Part shown: positions 62,309 to 62,505 of the stretch, piece by piece
Numbering within the stretch: position 1 is the stretch's first letter
How the letters are laid out: each line of letters starts with the position of its first letter
From: Candidatus Tayloriibacteriota bacterium
GTDB lineage: Bacteria; Patescibacteriota; Minisyncoccia; Phycocordibacterales; PALSA-1337
Assembly: GCA_003151615.1 (NCBI GenBank)
Contig: PLXZ01000005.1
Span: 1 to 62,505 of the forward strand
Length of the DNA stretch: 62,505 nt
Direction of reading: 5' to 3'
The notes under the pieces: generated by a model
Seen by the model: the letters and a program-made list of their open reading frames with translations, nothing else
Databases searched by the model: none
What the model was told of the DNA's origin: nothing
Made by a program: the position numbers and the translations under genes

Positions 62309-62505
62309 CCGCCCAAAAAAAATGACGGCGACAAAAAACAGCGAGGACGGACGGCGACATTCCCCCACACCCCCTGCCGCCGTTCCGTCCGACTCCTTTT
62401 TTTGAAATTGCATAGGAAAAGAAAACAGCGTCGCACAGCGACTCCGCATTTCATTCAGTCGGATTTTCAGCGAAAAAAATTCGAACTTCAAGTAAAAACT
62501 GCCGC
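62309..62505 (-). repeat. right repeat module (inverted copy; reaches the window edge)
   Basis: Read on the minus strand, it has the same 46-nt segment, a small hairpin GTCGC-TGT-GCGAC with a T-run, then a hairpin at 62345-62390 (6+6-bp stem with one bulge, loop GCAGGGGGTGTGGGGGAATGT). T-runs occur on both sides. Confidence 0.85.

Noticed and set aside
1-62505. Alternative genetic code (UGA recoding, as in some candidate phyla).
   Set aside because: All long conserved genes (rpoB, dnaE, gyrB, nadE, smc) are uninterrupted with the standard code, and UGA is used as a stop, for example in the PP2C gene.

Overview
This is a densely coding 62.5-kb chromosomal window that uses the standard genetic code. 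I recognised no rRNA, tRNA, CRISPR array, transposase or integrase.

Gene shapes suggest a reduced-genome, wall-bearing uncultivated bacterium of the CPR/Patescibacteria type. This is inference only. The supporting features are core-only ThrRS and PheRS, a short SMC with no visible hinge, a type IV pilin, several giant LamG/FN3/tail-fibre-like surface proteins, and complete reliance on NAD salvage.

Layout:
- 1-17 kb: rpoC (partial, missing from the ORF track), rpoB, a pilin and a PEP-CTERM-like protein, msrB-msrA, rpsP-KH-trmD, rnr, smc, rnc, a nusB-Nudix fusion and rpmF.
- 17-30 kb: a one-strand island of secreted or anchored proteins. It holds a triple-LamG protein, a 1672-aa tail-fibre-like protein, an HTH-TM protein and a Csc/WxL-like three-gene set.
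- 30-42 kb: rnhB, dnaE, thrS, gyrB, pheT and pheS.
- 42.3-47.8 kb: a PP2C phosphatase, a YegI-like kinase and a vWA protein (a TerY-P-like triad), with a nicotinamidase-family hydrolase inserted into the operon.
- 48-56 kb: an NAD salvage/recycling island with nrtR, a SLOG-like gene, nadE, pncB, prs, a HAD-like gene, a Nudix gene and nadM.
- 56-62.5 kb: a 1507-aa peptidoglycan-binding LamG/FN3 protein and a wHTH protein.

Non-coding highlights:
1. A roughly 95-bp element with perfect 20-21-bp inverted repeats occurs in three copies. Its core is flipped relative to its flanks in one copy.
2. Oppositely oriented repeat modules bracket the 56-62.5 kb locus. Their hairpins differ in stem sequence but share a GGGGGTGTGGGGGA loop.
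3. A (GA)7 tract separates two upstream ATGs from the giant ORF, which looks like a phase-variation switch.
4. A roughly 165-nt strongly structured candidate RNA with a UUCG tetraloop sits between two 50-nt direct hairpin repeats.
5. A terminator-ended leader or sRNA lies upstream of nadM.
6. Housekeeping genes repeatedly show TGnTAnAAT 6-12 nt before the ATG, implying leaderless mRNAs.
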